Shown here: positions 37,469 through 47,110 of the stretch, piece by piece | How the letters are laid out: each line of letters opens with the position of its first letter | Numbering within the stretch: the stretch's first letter is position 1 | Source: Candidatus Angelobacter sp. | Lineage (GTDB): Bacteria; Acidobacteriota; Terriglobia; Acidiferrales; UBA7541 | Direction: 5' to 3' | NCBI GenBank assembly: GCA_035606955.1 | Contig: DATNDO010000043.1 | Span: forward strand, 16,080 to 80,079 | Length of the DNA stretch: 64,000 nucleotides | Position numbers and translations under genes: made by a program | Notes under the pieces: model-generated | Databases searched by the model: none | What the model was told of the DNA's origin: nothing | The model's input: the letters and a program-made list of their open reading frames with translations, nothing else

Positions 37469-38086
37469 TTAGCTTGCGGCAGCCTTGGACTTTACGGTCG
37501 CGGCCTGCTCCTCGATTTTTTCCAATGCGAGCTGCGGTTCGAAGCAACGCCGGCATCGCGCCTCATACATTCCGCCTGCGCCGACGACAATCAACTCCTC
37601 GGAGGCGACCAACCGTTGCGTATTGACCGCGGGATTACCGCAACGCACGCAGATCGCCAGCAGCTTGGTGATTTCCTCGGCAACCACCAACAGGCGCGGC
37701 ATAGGCTCGAAAGGGCGCCCCATGAAATCGGTATCGAGTCCTGCCACGATCACTCGTTTGCCCGAATCCGCCAGCCTGGTGCAGCTTTCAAGCAAGCTTT
37801 CACCGAGAAATTGCGCCTCATCTATGCCGATGACTTCCGTCCGTGGCTCGACCTTTTCCAGAATATCTGCGCCAGTACTCACCAAAGCCGAAGCAATCTC
37901 CAAGCCCGAATGCGAAACAATGCCGTTCGACGAATAGCGCTGGTCGATAAACGGCTTGAAAATTTGCACGCGTTGCCGCGCAATTTCCGCTCGCCGCAAC
38001 CTCCGGATCAGTTCTTCACTCTTGCCGGAAAACATCGGGCCAACAATCACTTCGATCCAGCCCATATTACCCTTGACGATATCCAC
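37469..38086 (-). CDS. tdk: thymidine kinase
   Basis: 205 aa. P-loop [20 protein letters not shown] motif and a C-terminal CxxC...CxxC zinc site. Confidence 0.9.
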   Translation of the reverse strand: MDIVKGNMGWIEVIVGPMFSGKSEELIRRLRRAEIARQRVQIFKPFIDQRYSSNGIVSHSGLEIASALVSTGADILEKVEPRTEVIGIDEAQFLGESLLESCTRLADSGKRVIVAGLDTDFMGRPFEPMPRLLVVAEEITKLLAICVRCGNPAVNTQRLVASEELIVVGAGGMYEARCRRCFEPQLALEKIEEQAATVKSKAAAS

Positions 38087-38170
38087 GAATTCTCTCCTGG
38101 CCGATTTGCGTAGGCTAACACAATTCCGTGTGGAAATTCCCGCGCATGGTCCAGACCGATCGAAATGCCC

Positions 38171-38776
38171 TTATTGCTTTGACGCGGCGCCTCGCAGCGG
38201 CTGGTACAGCGCTACATTGAAAAACGGTGCGAACGCATTGATGACGGCGGTGCGGAAAGCATCCTGTCTCGTGATCATGTTGCGCGTCAACACTCCCCAC
38301 GCGCCTTGAGCATCGCGAATCCCGTGTCCACCGGCAAACGCATCTATCGCAACGCCCAGTTCAATGCCTTCATCCACCACCTGCCGCGCCAGAATTTCGG
38401 GCAGAAGGATGCTTCCCGACTGTCCGTAAGCACCACGTCCATTCCTGTCCGCCACAAAGGCCCAGTTTTGCAGGAAAACGCTGCGCGAGTCGCCGTCGCT
38501 CAAGACATCCAGCCCGCCTTCCAACCCCACAAAGTAGTCCCAGGACAGCTTTTCTTCTTTTGCGCGTTTCACAAGCTCCTCGGCTCGATGGCGCGCGCCG
38601 CTCATCAACTCAGAGCGCGACAGCGGTGTGTGGCGAACTCCGCTCTCCACCTCCGCGCCCACTACTTCGAATGGGGCGTTGGGATCCAGGCTCGGCCCGA
38701 AAACTGTCAATGCTTCCCAAACCGCATTTAGTTTTGGGCGGCGAGTGCTTCCGACGGCGACAATGATCTTGGCCAT
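38171..38776 (-). CDS. inosine/xanthosine triphosphatase (YjjX/DUF84 family)
   Basis: Start at ATG 38776 (MAKIIVAVGSTRRPK). The GLEGG motif is typical of the family. Confidence 0.65.
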   Translation of the reverse strand: MAKIIVAVGSTRRPKLNAVWEALTVFGPSLDPNAPFEVVGAEVESGVRHTPLSRSELMSGARHRAEELVKRAKEEKLSWDYFVGLEGGLDVLSDGDSRSVFLQNWAFVADRNGRGAYGQSGSILLPEILARQVVDEGIELGVAIDAFAGGHGIRDAQGAWGVLTRNMITRQDAFRTAVINAFAPFFNVALYQPLRGAASKQ

Positions 38777-38806
38777 GGCTAAAGTCGGGAACAATCCCGG
38801 AGAACT

Positions 38807-39298
38807 CTATTCTTTCCAGAGCTGCGATTGTTTCTCGCGCGCAAATCGGCTATTTAGAAACGTCTTTAAATCCTCGATCGATGTGAAAACCTGATCCGAA
38901 CACGCCAACATCCACCCGCTGATTTGCTCCAACGGCAGCGATGTCACCATGTAAACGGGGATTCCCTTTCGATAAGCAACGGTTAGTTCCGCGGAAGTAC
39001 CGCCGCTCTGCGCCTTGGCATCCCCCCAAAAGCAGATGACATAGTCAGCCCTGTTCTCGATCAGGTCGAGATCAAAATGGATGATTTTGCGGACCACGCG
39101 CCGAAACCGCTCGAAGTCAGTCAGTTTCCACTCGCGGAAGTGCGCCGCCTCTTCATCTGTAAGGTTCTTCTTTTCGTCCTGCGCGGGATCGTAGACGTGA
39201 TGACCCAAGTGATCACGGAGGAAAGGGGCAAGCTTCTGCCGCCAGAGTTTGCCGCCGCCGTCGGCGAATTCAATTGGTCCGCATAGATATGCGAGCAT
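38807..39298 (-). CDS. nucleoside 2-deoxyribosyltransferase-like protein
   Basis: 163 aa. AYLCGPIEF at the N-terminus and the later GTSAELTVAY resemble the NDT-like Rossmannoid family. This call is tentative. Confidence 0.45.
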   Translation of the reverse strand: MLAYLCGPIEFADGGGKLWRQKLAPFLRDHLGHHVYDPAQDEKKNLTDEEAAHFREWKLTDFERFRRVVRKIIHFDLDLIENRADYVICFWGDAKAQSGGTSAELTVAYRKGIPVYMVTSLPLEQISGWMLACSDQVFTSIEDLKTFLNSRFAREKQSQLWKE

Positions 39299-39378
39299 GA
39301 GGTCCGGGTAAGTCAGGACTCTAGCACGAGGTCATGTGCACCGCAAAGAGGTGCCAGAGGAGCATAGCGAGGAAAAAA

Positions 39379-39452
39379 TGGAGCGGCCGAGGGGACTCGA
39401 ACCCCCGCCTACAGCTTGGCAAGCTGTCGTACTACCCCTATACTACGGCCGC
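39379..39452 (-). tRNA. tRNA-Gly (anticodon GCC)
   Basis: GCGGCCG-TA-GTAT-AGGGGTA-GTAC-G-ACAGC-TTGCCAA-GCTGT-AGGC-GGGGG-TTCGAGT-CCCCT-CGGCCGC-T-CCA. The cloverleaf was folded by hand. Confidence 0.9.
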
Positions 39453-39578
39453 TCGGACGGGCAAGACTTGGAACAAATCTTTTATAGCACGCTCGTACCG
39501 AACCCGACAAGGCCCGCGCGAACCGCGGCTGCGCGAGAATACAACGTCGCGGAATCAGTGTGCGATCGGAAGAATTAG

Positions 39579-39794
39579 CTAGTTGACTTCAAGGATGCGA
39601 GTGGATTTGACGACCGGTGATTTTTTCTGGCGGTCTGCAAAGCGAGTCGCACGCTCTCTGTCAATATAGACCCGGGCGAATTTCTCCCCATCGTGATAAT
39701 AGACCGTCACTTGCCAGTGGCGGTGTTTTCGCCGCCGGTCACGGCGGAATCGAGCTGTGCCCTTCTTCGCTTTTGTTGTGGTTTTCTTCTTCAC
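39579..39794 (-). CDS. small highly basic hypothetical protein
   Basis: A GTG start at 39794 gives VKKKTTTKAKKG...; the longer track ORF reaches 39875. No domain recognised. Confidence 0.3.
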   Translation of the reverse strand: MKKKTTTKAKKGTARFRRDRRRKHRHWQVTVYYHDGEKFARVYIDRERATRFADRQKKSPVVKSTRILEVN

Positions 39795-40028
39795 AGGGTG
39801 TCCTAGCGTCGCGGGAGTATCGCAACTTCGGAGGCGCGGCGCAAGTCTCAAGTTGATTATCACCCAGGCCGCCACGCTCGTTTCGCCAGCGTTCCCCTAT
39901 GGAACATCGACCCAAGTTTCTTGAGACGTTTGCCTGCCACTAACGTCTAAGATGGAAAGAGAAAAAGAGCTGGAACTTTTGAGGGTATTCGAGCGTATTT
40001 AAAGTTGAAGGGGAAAGGGAGTTGGGCC

Positions 40029-40292
40029 ATGGTGATGAGACTAGAGCACGAAGTAAACATTGAGAATCCGCGGCATCACTCGCTGGAGCGGGTAGAGACC
40101 CTCCGGCGGTTGCTGGCAGGCGGGGCGCGCGTGGAATGCGACCCCAAGCGCCCGGATTTCTATGAAGTTGAGAGCGGTTCTGACGTCTACTACATTCATA
40201 TCTCGCCGGTTACCGGGAACATCCTTCTGCTGGCTGCATGGCCGAAGGGTGGCGTCCCAGGCGACGAAGTGCGGGCCACCCAGGCCGCATAA
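40029..40292 (+). CDS. hypothetical protein
   Basis: ATG 40029 is preceded by GGGAAAGGGAG. 87 aa. No domain recognised. Confidence 0.35.
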   Translation: MVMRLEHEVNIENPRHHSLERVETLRRLLAGGARVECDPKRPDFYEVESGSDVYYIHISPVTGNILLLAAWPKGGVPGDEVRATQAA

Positions 40293-40319
40293 CGCGCGCA
40301 AACAAACACTCACAACGGT

Positions 40320-41639
40320 TCACATCAATAAATCGGCGGCCTTGAAGTCCAGGTCCTTGAGGATTTGCGTGTTCAACTCATAGACCTCCGGCCCGGCGGT
40401 AGTGCGCACGTACACGCTATCGCCGACGGCCGCGGAAATGTCTACTGTGATTTTCTTCCCGGATTTATCGGTGAGAATCACTTCAATGGCGGGCTTGGCC
40501 AGATGCGCCAGGATGGCCCGCGACGGCGTATCGTAAATTTGCTTCGCGCGTGCGTTCTGGATCGGATCCAGTATCTTCCAGCTTTGAATGGCCTTCCCCT
40601 TGTCGGCCGCGGGCTGAAGGATCGTCCACTGGTCATCTTTGCCTTGCGCGCACTGAATAGCTCCGTTCGCGTTGTGGACTTCCACGGTGGCCACGTTGGC
40701 GGGGTCAAAGTGCAGGATTGACTTGTCGCGCAGGTCGAAGAACTTTTTATTGAGCGCGTCGTAGACGGTTGAACCTATATCGAAGATCATCGGGCGCGCA
40801 GCATCGCGCGCGTAATAGTTGTCCCCGTTTTTTTTGCCAACAAGCAGATGAAACTCCTGCCCCTTGATCGTCGCCGTGACGCTCATCGACGGGTGAGTCA
40901 GCCCGTATTTTGCAAGGTCGTCGGGAGATTCGCTTACAACATCAGTGAATTTATCCGTCGATAGCGCGTTTGCAAGCGAATCGACGGCGCCGGAATCCCC
41001 CAGCACTTCCTTGGGCTTCGCGATTTCCCACGTGGAGTTTTTCTTAGTGACAGCAAGTGTCCCACTCGGACTATCAATCGTGATTCTCGTGACTTCACCG
41101 TTGTTTAGCTCTAAAAGCGACCGGTCGCGCAACTGAGCGAGTGGCTTATCGGTTTCGTCCAATAGGGAAACTGGCAACAGGTCAACATTCTTTGACGCGT
41201 CGATGAGAGCATAAACAACGTTGCCGGAAAAATCCTTGTCGCCCAGTCGAATCGTATGTTCAGCGCCGCTCTTTTGCTGAAAATCAATCGTGACAGCGGG
41301 CTGAGCCAGTCCGTATTTCGACAGGCTGTCCGTGGGCGCGAATGACCGGCGGATTTTGGCGTTGCTCAGATCGCTCACGATTCCGTCGATGCTCGTCTGG
41401 TCGGCGCGCGTAGAAACGGGCTGCGTTATCCGCCAGTCTTTACTTTGCTTGGCGAGAACTGTCTTGCCGGTCCCGCTCACAAGCGTCAGACCCACGATCT
41501 GGTCTGCACTCACCGCAAAGGCTGGTCTCCAGGAGGCTTCCTCCGTCGGTGGAGCGACGCTATGTTTGCTGTCGTAGAAATAAACGAACGCTCCCAGGGC
41601 AACCGCAAGTACGACTGCAATCAGTGTGCTCTTCTTCAT
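40320..41639 (-). CDS. DUF4340-like protein associated with GldG-type ABC systems
   Basis: 439 aa with an N-terminal TM anchor. It sits immediately downstream of the GldG-like gene, the usual partner arrangement. Confidence 0.65.
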   Translation of the reverse strand: MKKSTLIAVVLAVALGAFVYFYDSKHSVAPPTEEASWRPAFAVSADQIVGLTLVSGTGKTVLAKQSKDWRITQPVSTRADQTSIDGIVSDLSNAKIRRSFAPTDSLSKYGLAQPAVTIDFQQKSGAEHTIRLGDKDFSGNVVYALIDASKNVDLLPVSLLDETDKPLAQLRDRSLLELNNGEVTRITIDSPSGTLAVTKKNSTWEIAKPKEVLGDSGAVDSLANALSTDKFTDVVSESPDDLAKYGLTHPSMSVTATIKGQEFHLLVGKKNGDNYYARDAARPMIFDIGSTVYDALNKKFFDLRDKSILHFDPANVATVEVHNANGAIQCAQGKDDQWTILQPAADKGKAIQSWKILDPIQNARAKQIYDTPSRAILAHLAKPAIEVILTDKSGKKITVDISAAVGDSVYVRTTAGPEVYELNTQILKDLDFKAADLLM

Positions 41640-41645
41640 GGCCGG

Positions 41646-43172
41646 CTAACGACGTTTCACCCAAATATAAATCCCGCCAATAATCACAATCAGAGGCAGA
41701 AATACCATGCTGAACCACGACAATTCCCGCTGCTGCGCTTCGGTTAGCGTCACGCGGCGATTCGCAACCTCCTTCGGGCGGATGGAAATCAGATTTTCTT
41801 CTTCGGTCAGCCAGTTGATGGCATTGAAAAACAGATCTCCATTGCGCTGCTGCCCCACCCACTGATTCGTCGCAAATTCGGAATTGCCGATCACGACCAG
41901 CCGTGCATCCGTCGAGCCCGATTTCTTTTCCGCCGCGACGCCAAGGGGCAGCGGCCCCCGCTGATCCGTCTTCGCATCGTATCTCACGGTCCCGTTTCCT
42001 AAATTCGGCACGGTGAAACTGCGCGCCGAAGTTTTTAGCAGTTCGACCGATTGAGGCTCCGCTTTCGCAGCGTCCGCAATCGAAACCGTCCGCGCCAGCG
42101 GAAAAAACGTCATCGAACCTTTGAAATTCTTCACCACCGGGCTATCGCCGTAGTCCACGACCAGCGGAATGCCCGGCCCCGCTCCGAAGATGCGCCCAAC
42201 GCCGCTCACATCGATCACGTAGTTGTCGCCCAGCTTGATGTTCCAGGGCTGCAGGATATCGTTCAGTTTTGGATCGGTGCCCGGATCCAACAGCAGCATT
42301 GCTTTTCCGCCGCCATCAAGATATTTCTCGATCATCTGCGCTTCTTGCGGAAAGAGAGACTTCTGCGGGCCCACATCGACGAGCACGCTGCAATCGGAAG
42401 GCACGTCGTTCGACGTCACCAGATTTACAGACTTAACCTGGTAATTCTCTTTCGCGAGTTCCCCGGCCACGCCGCTGTAACCCTTGCTGTCGGATGCGCT
42501 CGGGGATTTTTCACCGTGTCCCTCCACGAAGCACACAGTTTTCACGGTGGTAGAAGTGGCTTTCAGAATCGCGGAAGCAAAATCCTGTTCCGTCGTTTCT
42601 TCCAGCCGCTGGATGTTCTTCCCGCTAACGACAATCACCTGTCCTTCTCGCGCTACTCCATATTGTTTCGTCAGATCCGGATTCTCCTGCGGATCCACCG
42701 CGCGAAAGTGAATGTGAGGATTCAGGTTCTCATACTCCGACATCTGGTCGCGAAGCTGCAGGACTTCGGGATCCGTCGATTTTGCAAACAGGAAAATATC
42801 GACGTCGGATTTTATCGGCTTGACGATTTTCTTCGTCTGATCGGAAAGCGTGTAAAGTTTTTCACTGGTCAGATCGAATGTCTTGTGATGCCGGAATCCC
42901 AGGTAATTGATGAAAATCAAAATGGCGAGCACCGCGATAACCAGCACGGAAGTATTCGTGCCCAGCTTCGAGGAACGCTTTGAGAAAAATCCAATCAGCG
43001 TGCGGAAATCTAGAACAATCCACCCCAGCACCAGCACGCCGCCCGCGATCAGCAAAACCTTATTGGTGAGCTGGAACTGCTCCAGTACGGTGTAACGAAC
43101 GTAGCCGGCAATCAGCAGCGCCAGTCCGAGCGCTCCAGCAAGCCGCGCCAATTCCCTGCGATCCCATTTCAT
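41646..43172 (-). CDS. GldG-family ABC-transporter accessory protein
   Basis: 508 aa. TM segments at both ends flank a large extracytoplasmic domain. It follows the ABC-2 permease. Confidence 0.75.
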   Translation of the reverse strand: MKWDRRELARLAGALGLALLIAGYVRYTVLEQFQLTNKVLLIAGGVLVLGWIVLDFRTLIGFFSKRSSKLGTNTSVLVIAVLAILIFINYLGFRHHKTFDLTSEKLYTLSDQTKKIVKPIKSDVDIFLFAKSTDPEVLQLRDQMSEYENLNPHIHFRAVDPQENPDLTKQYGVAREGQVIVVSGKNIQRLEETTEQDFASAILKATSTTVKTVCFVEGHGEKSPSASDSKGYSGVAGELAKENYQVKSVNLVTSNDVPSDCSVLVDVGPQKSLFPQEAQMIEKYLDGGGKAMLLLDPGTDPKLNDILQPWNIKLGDNYVIDVSGVGRIFGAGPGIPLVVDYGDSPVVKNFKGSMTFFPLARTVSIADAAKAEPQSVELLKTSARSFTVPNLGNGTVRYDAKTDQRGPLPLGVAAEKKSGSTDARLVVIGNSEFATNQWVGQQRNGDLFFNAINWLTEEENLISIRPKEVANRRVTLTEAQQRELSWFSMVFLPLIVIIGGIYIWVKRR

Positions 43173-43200
43173 CTTGCCTTACCCTCTTTCCTCCTGAAAA

Positions 43201-43989
43201 TTAAGCCCGCCGCCAGCGCATGGAATCCACCGCCCGCATCGTCAAAAATATGGCGAAGAAAATCCAACTCCCGAAGAAAATCAGCCCCGTGGTATCGATC
43301 ACGCCGCGCACAAACGGGTTATAGTGCTGCAAAATGGCGACGTATTGCAGTGTTTGCGCGATTAACCCGTTCCCAGTCCCCGCGAAGAATCCAACAACCC
43401 ACAGAAGCAGTGATATTCCCAGCACCAGCACTCCCGCGACGATCTGGTTCTCCGTCAACGCGGAAAGAAACGAGCCAATAGCAAGAAGCGTCGCGCCAAG
43501 AAGCAGCACTCCCAAATAGCCTCCCGCGATCAGCTTCCACGGCGGCACAGGCTCGCTGTGCGCGAACATGTAAACGACGTAAAGCACCGTGGGCAGGATC
43601 ATGATGATGAAAAGACTCACCGAAGCGAAAAATTTCCCGAGAACAATTTGCCAGTCCGTGATCGGGGACGTCAGCAACAGTTCCATCGTTCCGCGCTTCC
43701 GCTCTTCCGAATACACGCCCATGGTCAACAGAGGAGTTAGAAAGAGCAGGATCGTGCCCACAAGACTCAGGAATGCTCCCGTTACAGCGCTCGGCACATC
43801 AAACGGGATCGGAGCGCCGCCTTGCATCGCTTCCATACTCGCCTCGAAGGATGCCTTGATTCCATCCGCCAAATACATGTTGAAAAACACCGCGCTCAAA
43901 ATCAGAAAGATGGGAACAACGGCGTAGGCAACGGGCGACACGAAATAGTGGCTCATCTCTTTGCGATAAATAGCGTATAGGCCGCGCAT
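43201..43989 (-). CDS. ABC-2 type transporter permease (GldF-like)
   Basis: 262 aa with six TM segments. It lies 1 nt after the ATPase stop. Confidence 0.8.
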   Translation of the reverse strand: MRGLYAIYRKEMSHYFVSPVAYAVVPIFLILSAVFFNMYLADGIKASFEASMEAMQGGAPIPFDVPSAVTGAFLSLVGTILLFLTPLLTMGVYSEERKRGTMELLLTSPITDWQIVLGKFFASVSLFIIMILPTVLYVVYMFAHSEPVPPWKLIAGGYLGVLLLGATLLAIGSFLSALTENQIVAGVLVLGISLLLWVVGFFAGTGNGLIAQTLQYVAILQHYNPFVRGVIDTTGLIFFGSWIFFAIFLTMRAVDSMRWRRA

Positions 43990-43990
43990 G

Positions 43991-44962
43991 TCAGTTTCGC
44001 TCCGCTTTTTCGGCTGGATTTTGTGTCGTGTCTTCGGTGGTAAGTTGCAGGAAAATTTCTTCCAGGCTCAGGTTCATGCCGCGGAGCTCGTAAAGCGCCC
44101 AACCCTGCCCGACAACTTTGGCGGCGATTTGGCTGCGCAGGTCCTTTCCCTGATTCGCTTCGACCGTTGCAACCAAGCGTCCCGCCGACCCGAGCGACGT
44201 GATTTCCACTTTTCGGACGCCGGGAATTTGCGCCAGCGCGTCGCGTAAAGGCCTTTCCGGCGCTTGCACCTCCACGCGGATCCGCTCTCCGCCCTTGAGT
44301 TGCAGCGTCAGATTCTCTGGAGTATCCACGGCGACGATTTTCCCGCGGTTGATGATGACCACGCGGTCGCACGTCATGCTCACCTCAGGCAAAATGTGGG
44401 TCGAAAGAATGATCGTGTGGCTTCCGGCCAATCCCTTAATCAGGTTGCGGACTTCGATAATTTGCTTCGGATCCAGACCCACGGTCGGCTCGTCGAGAAT
44501 AATCACATCCGGATCATGAACGATCGCCTGCGCCAACCCTACGCGCTGCTTGTAGCCGCGGGACAGACGCTTTATCAATTCATTGCGCTTGTCCACAATC
44601 TTCGCCATTTCGAGAGCCGCATCCACCCTCGCAGCACGCATTTCCGGCGGCACATTCTTGATTCGTGCCACAAAGTCCAAGTACGAACTCACGGTCATAT
44701 CGAAATAGAGTGGCGGGTTCTCCGGCAAATATCCGATGCGGCGCCGCACTTCCATTGAATCGTCAAAAACATCGAAACCGGCAATCTTGGCCGTGCCTCC
44801 CGTCGCGGGCAGGTAGCCAGTGAGCACGCGCATGGTGGTCGTCTTGCCCGCGCCATTGGGCCCGAGGAAGCCGAGGATTTCACCTTTTTTTACGGAAAAA
44901 GAAATGTGGTCGACTGCGGTTTTGTCTCCGAAGGATTTCGTCAAGTCCTGAACTTCTATCAA
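43991..44962 (-). CDS. ABC transporter ATP-binding protein (GldA-like)
   Basis: Walker A GPNGAGKTT, signature LSRGYKQR and Walker B IILDEP. The TTG start at 44962 is preceded by GGGAGG with a 7-nt spacer; the track ORF extends to 45022. Confidence 0.9.
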   Translation of the reverse strand: MIEVQDLTKSFGDKTAVDHISFSVKKGEILGFLGPNGAGKTTTMRVLTGYLPATGGTAKIAGFDVFDDSMEVRRRIGYLPENPPLYFDMTVSSYLDFVARIKNVPPEMRAARVDAALEMAKIVDKRNELIKRLSRGYKQRVGLAQAIVHDPDVIILDEPTVGLDPKQIIEVRNLIKGLAGSHTIILSTHILPEVSMTCDRVVIINRGKIVAVDTPENLTLQLKGGERIRVEVQAPERPLRDALAQIPGVRKVEITSLGSAGRLVATVEANQGKDLRSQIAAKVVGQGWALYELRGMNLSLEEIFLQLTTEDTTQNPAEKAERN

Positions 44963-45197
44963 TCCGCTACCTCCCAGGTACAAAATGAATCCCGCATTAA
45001 CCGGCACAGACCACGCAGACAAATCAACAACGCCGCATTCGAGCCGACCTTTATACTAAAATTCAGTCCCGCTCGCCAAGACATCATGGCAAAAAAATGA
45101 TTCATCGATAAGTCCGATAGTCGTGACGGCAAGCAGGGTTGCCCGCCAATTTGCAGAACGCAATGGCGGCTCAAAAAAACCGGAAGGAAAAGCGAAG

Positions 45198-45563
45198 CTA
45201 ATCTCCGATATTGTAACTCACCACGGTCCTGAAGACTCCGCAGCCCGGACGCGGTTTGAACTTCATTGATTTCGCAAACGATTCTAATTGCTTGGCAGCG
45301 TCCTCTGAGGAAGGATGCAATGCAACGGCCGCCACGACTCCGCCTTCTTCGCTAATCTCGATCGCAACCTCACCACGAATTTTCGTCTTGGGTTGCTTCT
45401 TACCTTTCGGTTGCTTCGGCGGAGGAATGGACTCCGGTGGTTTGCTACAGCTTGTCTTTTTCTGTTGGCCCGCTTCCGACGAAGGCCGAACCGGCATTGC
45501 CTGGATAAAGGCGAACGCTATCGTCAAGACAAGAACAGCTCGAAATGTTCGTCGCAATGGCAT
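45198..45563 (-). CDS. secreted protein with TonB-C-like terminal domain
   Basis: Start at ATG 45563 (MPLRRTFRAVLVLTIAFAFIQA). It has a Pro/Lys-rich linker. The C-terminal GEVAIEISEEGGV...FKPRP resembles an energy-transducer C-domain. This call is weak. Confidence 0.4.
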   Translation of the reverse strand: MPLRRTFRAVLVLTIAFAFIQAMPVRPSSEAGQQKKTSCSKPPESIPPPKQPKGKKQPKTKIRGEVAIEISEEGGVVAAVALHPSSEDAAKQLESFAKSMKFKPRPGCGVFRTVVSYNIGD

Positions 45564-45723
45564 TTCAAGGCTGAAACTACCGCAATTCTCGAAATGATTC
45601 AATGTCAGACCGGCGCCGTTCTCTGCGTTCACCAAGAATGAAATACCCGCTGTGTTCTCCCATTGACTTGCGCGCGCGACAGGCATAACGTTCGCCGCCA
45701 ATGATTCGCGGATGCAATAGCGG

Positions 45724-47100
45724 ATGCACGAGAAGATGACGAATCGCCTTTTGATCGCGTTCTTGGCGCTGTGCGCAATCCTCGCGGCGCTGGCTTTAAT
45801 CAGTCACGGCGGAGCGCGGTATATCGCGCCCGTGGTGCTCATTACGCTCCGGTGGCTGGCGATTGTATTGCTCGCCGCATACGCCACGGCGCGTCGCTCA
45901 TTGACGCTGTGGATCCTGGTCGGCTTGCTTGCGGGCGCGGAGGTGGGTCACGACGCTCCAGCGACCGCAATGAAACTTCAAATCCTCGGCGCGATTTTTC
46001 TGCGCCTCATCAAGGTCATCATCGCTCCGCTGCTGTTTGGAACGCTTGTCGTCGGCATCGCCGGCCACGCGGAATTGAAAAAAGTCGGACGCATGGCGGT
46101 CAAGGCGCTGGTGTTTTTCGAGATTGTCTCGACCATCGCTCTCATCATCGGCTTGATTGCCATAAATCTCAGCAAAGCTGGCGTGGGCGTGCATCTTCCC
46201 ACCGAGGCCGCGCAGCAATCCATTCCGGCGACCACGCAGACGGCCAGTCAGCTCATCCTCAACGTCTTCCCTGAAAATATCGCCAAGTCGGTCGCCGAAG
46301 GACAAATCCTGCAAGTTGTCGTTTTCAGCATTTTGTTCGGCATCGGCCTGGCCCTCGTCAAGGAACCCAAGCGCCGGCCAATGGTGTTGTTCGCGGAGAG
46401 CCTTTCCGAGGCGATGTTCAAGTTCACAAATCTCGTGATGTATCTCGCCCCGCTGGGAGTATTCGGCGCGATCGCTTACACCACGGGACATCTCGGCTTG
46501 GGCGTTATGCTGCCTCTGCTCAAACTGCTGGCAACGTTGTATGTCGCGCTCGCCGTATTTGTATTTCTTGTGTTATTGCCGATTGCGCTGATGGCTCGCG
46601 TGCCTCTGCGCGAGTTTTTGCACGCGATCGCGGAACCGTCGACGATTGCCTTTGGCACAAGCAGCTCGGAAGCAGCGCTGCCGAGCGCCATGGAAAACAT
46701 GGAAGGAATTGGCGTGCCGCGCGGGATTGTCGCATTCGTGATGCCCACGGGCTACAGTTTCAATCTCACCGGCTCCAGCCTCTACCAGTCGCTAGGACTG
46801 ATTTTCATGGCGCAAGCCGCGGGAATCCATCTCACGCTCGGCCAGCAATCCCTGATGATGCTGACCCTGCTCCTGACCAGCAAAGGCACCGCCGGCGTCG
46901 CACGCGCGAGTTTGGTGATTGTGCTCGCCGCAGCCACGTCATTTCACTTCCCGATTGAATCGTTCTATTTGTTGTTCGCTGTGGACCCGCTGATGGACAT
47001 GGTCCGCACGACCGTGAACGTAGTCGGAAACTGTCTCGCCACAGTGGTCGTCGCGCGGTGGGAAGGCGATTTGCCACCGACGAGTCCGGCGCAGCCCTAG
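45724..47100 (+). CDS. dicarboxylate/amino acid:cation symporter (DAACS family)
   Basis: 458 aa. The FGTSSSEAALP and VDPLMDMVRTTVNVVGN signatures are typical of GltP/DctA-type carriers. Confidence 0.9.
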   Translation: MHEKMTNRLLIAFLALCAILAALALISHGGARYIAPVVLITLRWLAIVLLAAYATARRSLTLWILVGLLAGAEVGHDAPATAMKLQILGAIFLRLIKVIIAPLLFGTLVVGIAGHAELKKVGRMAVKALVFFEIVSTIALIIGLIAINLSKAGVGVHLPTEAAQQSIPATTQTASQLILNVFPENIAKSVAEGQILQVVVFSILFGIGLALVKEPKRRPMVLFAESLSEAMFKFTNLVMYLAPLGVFGAIAYTTGHLGLGVMLPLLKLLATLYVALAVFVFLVLLPIALMARVPLREFLHAIAEPSTIAFGTSSSEAALPSAMENMEGIGVPRGIVAFVMPTGYSFNLTGSSLYQSLGLIFMAQAAGIHLTLGQQSLMMLTLLLTSKGTAGVARASLVIVLAAATSFHFPIESFYLLFAVDPLMDMVRTTVNVVGNCLATVVVARWEGDLPPTSPAQP

Positions 47101-47110
47101 AAATTAGTCC

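Noticed and set aside
42051-42983. 310-aa plus-strand ORF
   Set aside because: It is antisense to the GldG-like gene and has no recognisable features.
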